Assembly (NCBI GenBank): GCA_964036045.1
Contig: OZ038378.1
Coordinates: 108,686,001-108,750,000 of the forward strand
Length of the DNA stretch: 64,000 nt
DNA from: Eutreptiella sp. 'Long Island Sound 2002'
Lineage: Eukaryota > Protista > Euglenida
Direction of reading: 5' to 3'
Under the pieces are notes generated by a model. It saw only the letters and a program-made list of their open reading frames with translations, had not been told where the DNA came from and ran no database searches. This document shows positions 62,639 through 64,000 of the stretch, piece after piece. Made by a program: the position numbers and the translations under genes. Position 1 is the stretch's first letter; every line of letters starts with the position of its first letter.

Positions 62639-64000
62639 TCAGTCCCTAGCTTTAGTCTTGGAGGCAAGCGTCTCAGCGAGCCTCAGCAACTCACCAAGGT
62701 TGTTCTGGGACAAGTAGTCAATGAGAACTGAGGTTAGGCGTCCCCAAGGTAGAACAAATGCAGAGAAGGGCTCCCAGGTGGCCTCTTCGACTCCAAACCC
62801 TTCCCAGAGGGTGAGGAAGCGCCAACCCTGGCGATAGCGGTGGCGTAGGACAGACTTCACCAGGTAGAAGCCCTCCTTAGCCATCTCCTCGGCGTTCATG
62901 TCGGGGAGTTCACCTTCAACTTCCATAGGGCTGGCAGCCCCTTGTAGGTCCAGAGCGGCGATTTCCTCGTCGTTCAGCTCCCACTCCTCCCCACAGAGGT
63001 CTTCAGGATCATGGTTGCGCTTCAGGTGTTGGGCAGCGCACACCAGGGTCCCCCCTAGACGGGGAGAACACCGCACGGTGATACGGTGTCGGTCCACAGA
63101 TAGGATCTTGTACGGCCCGAAGTATGGGTCATCGCTGGTAGAGCGTGGCCAGGCGGGTAGTCGACTGTGGTGCACCAGCACCCAGTCCCCCTCTTGGTAG
63201 GTGGCCGGTACACGGTGCTTGTTCTTCTTGTTCCACTGACGCTCCCTCACTCTCTGGAGCATAGCCTTGGCCTTGTCCACCTTCGCTTGTTGCTCTTGGA
63301 CCCATTCACCCACAGAAGAATGGGTGTCCTTTGGATAGGGGGCATGTAGGAACCATGCCGGGCGCCCCATGAATAGCTCATGTGGCGAGTAGCCAGTAGC
63401 TGAACTCTCTTGGGAGTTCATCATCAAGGATATGACGGGGAGTAGTCTCACCCAGTCTCTGGTGCGTTCAGTTTTGCACCATATCCTGACGTTCTCCTTC
63501 AGGACACGAATCTGTCGCTCACATAGGGGGTTGCTCGTGTGAGAGTAGGGAATTCCCGTAGACACCTGGACATTGAGGGATCTCAGGACCCTCTTGTACC
63601 AGCCAGTATACGAGCGTACTCGTACGTCCTGATCGGAGTTGATCTCCTTGGGCGCCCCATAGACACAAGACCACTCCTCCAGGAGTATCTTGATAGTCTC
63701 CTCTCCGGTAATGTGCTTGGTACATGGGAACACCCTGGAAAACCTGGTCAACCCACAGGTTACCACGAGGGCAAAGTCATAGCCCCCGAACTTCGGCATC
63801 TCCGTGTAGTCCACGTATAGAACACTGTTAGCACAGTGAGGGATGGGCAGGGTCGAGTAGAGACCTCTGTCCCTGATATCCCCTGGTTTACAGGACCTGC
63901 ACGGGCACTTGTCCACGATAGGCTGGAGGGTTTTCCGCAGTTGGTCGTCAGTCCACGTAGTGTGGAACCACTGCTTGAACAGCCTCAGGGTACGGTCAGC
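62639..64000 (-). CDS. Ty3/Gypsy pol C-terminus: integrase (DDE, GPY/F) plus chromodomain; open frame continues off the window
   Basis: CRSC; YVDY, INSDQD, PLCERQ; TGYSPHELFMGR; YFGPYKIL; chromodomain YLVKSVLRHR...FLTLWEGFGVEEATWEP. Confidence 0.93.
   Translation of the reverse strand, partial: ADRTLRLFKQWFHTTWTDDQLRKTLQPIVDKCPCRSCKPGDIRDRGLYSTLPIPHCANSVLYVDYTEMPKFGGYDFALVVTCGLTRFSRVFPCTKHITGEETIKILLEEWSCVYGAPKEINSDQDVRVRSYTGWYKRVLRSLNVQVSTGIPYSHTSNPLCERQIRVLKENVRIWCKTERTRDWVRLLPVISLMMNSQESSATGYSPHELFMGRPAWFLHAPYPKDTHSSVGEWVQEQQAKVDKAKAMLQRVRERQWNKKNKHRVPATYQEGDWVLVHHSRLPAWPRSTSDDPYFGPYKILSVDRHRITVRCSPRLGGTLVCAAQHLKRNHDPEDLCGEEWELNDEEIAALDLQGAASPMEVEGELPDMNAEEMAKEGFYLVKSVLRHRYRQGWRFLTLWEGFGVEEATWEPFSAFVLPWGRLTSVLIDYLSQNNLGELLRLAETLASKTKARD

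Noticed and set aside
62311-62667. Extra ORF (env-like) downstream of Gypsy pol
   Set aside because: Short (118 aa), overlaps the pol stop, and has no convincing signal peptide or env features; probably untranslated spacer.

Overview
Eukaryotic, repeat-dominated window. I see no rRNA, intact tRNA or CRISPR array, and no host gene I can recognise. It is a nested pile of mobile elements: Ty3/Gypsy LTR-retrotransposon parts at both ends (gag zinc knuckle and protease at 1-1.3 kb; integrase, chromodomain, candidate PPT and 3' LTR at 61.7-64 kb), three different RNase H-bearing LINEs (1.3-8.5 kb +, 9.7-12.6 kb -, about 54.4-59.8 kb -), further LINE fragments, and two unrelated ~184-bp satellites with higher-order structure (47.7-51.3 kb). 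The most interesting part (16.3-19.8 kb and 23.5-42.1 kb) is a family of intron-containing, two-gene, DNA-transposon-like elements. Gene B has RNase H-fold/DDE-like motifs. Gene A has a ParB/Srx-like N-terminus and four short GT-AG introns whose positions and phases are the same in two very divergent subfamilies. About 23 copies of a 7-2-7 palindrome (GCGCGAG-NN-CTCGCGC) lie almost entirely in the element's introns and non-coding DNA. The element forms a head-to-tail array of long and internally deleted copies, and 7.78 kb of that array is tandemly duplicated. Domain calls come from motif inspection by eye; no database search was run.
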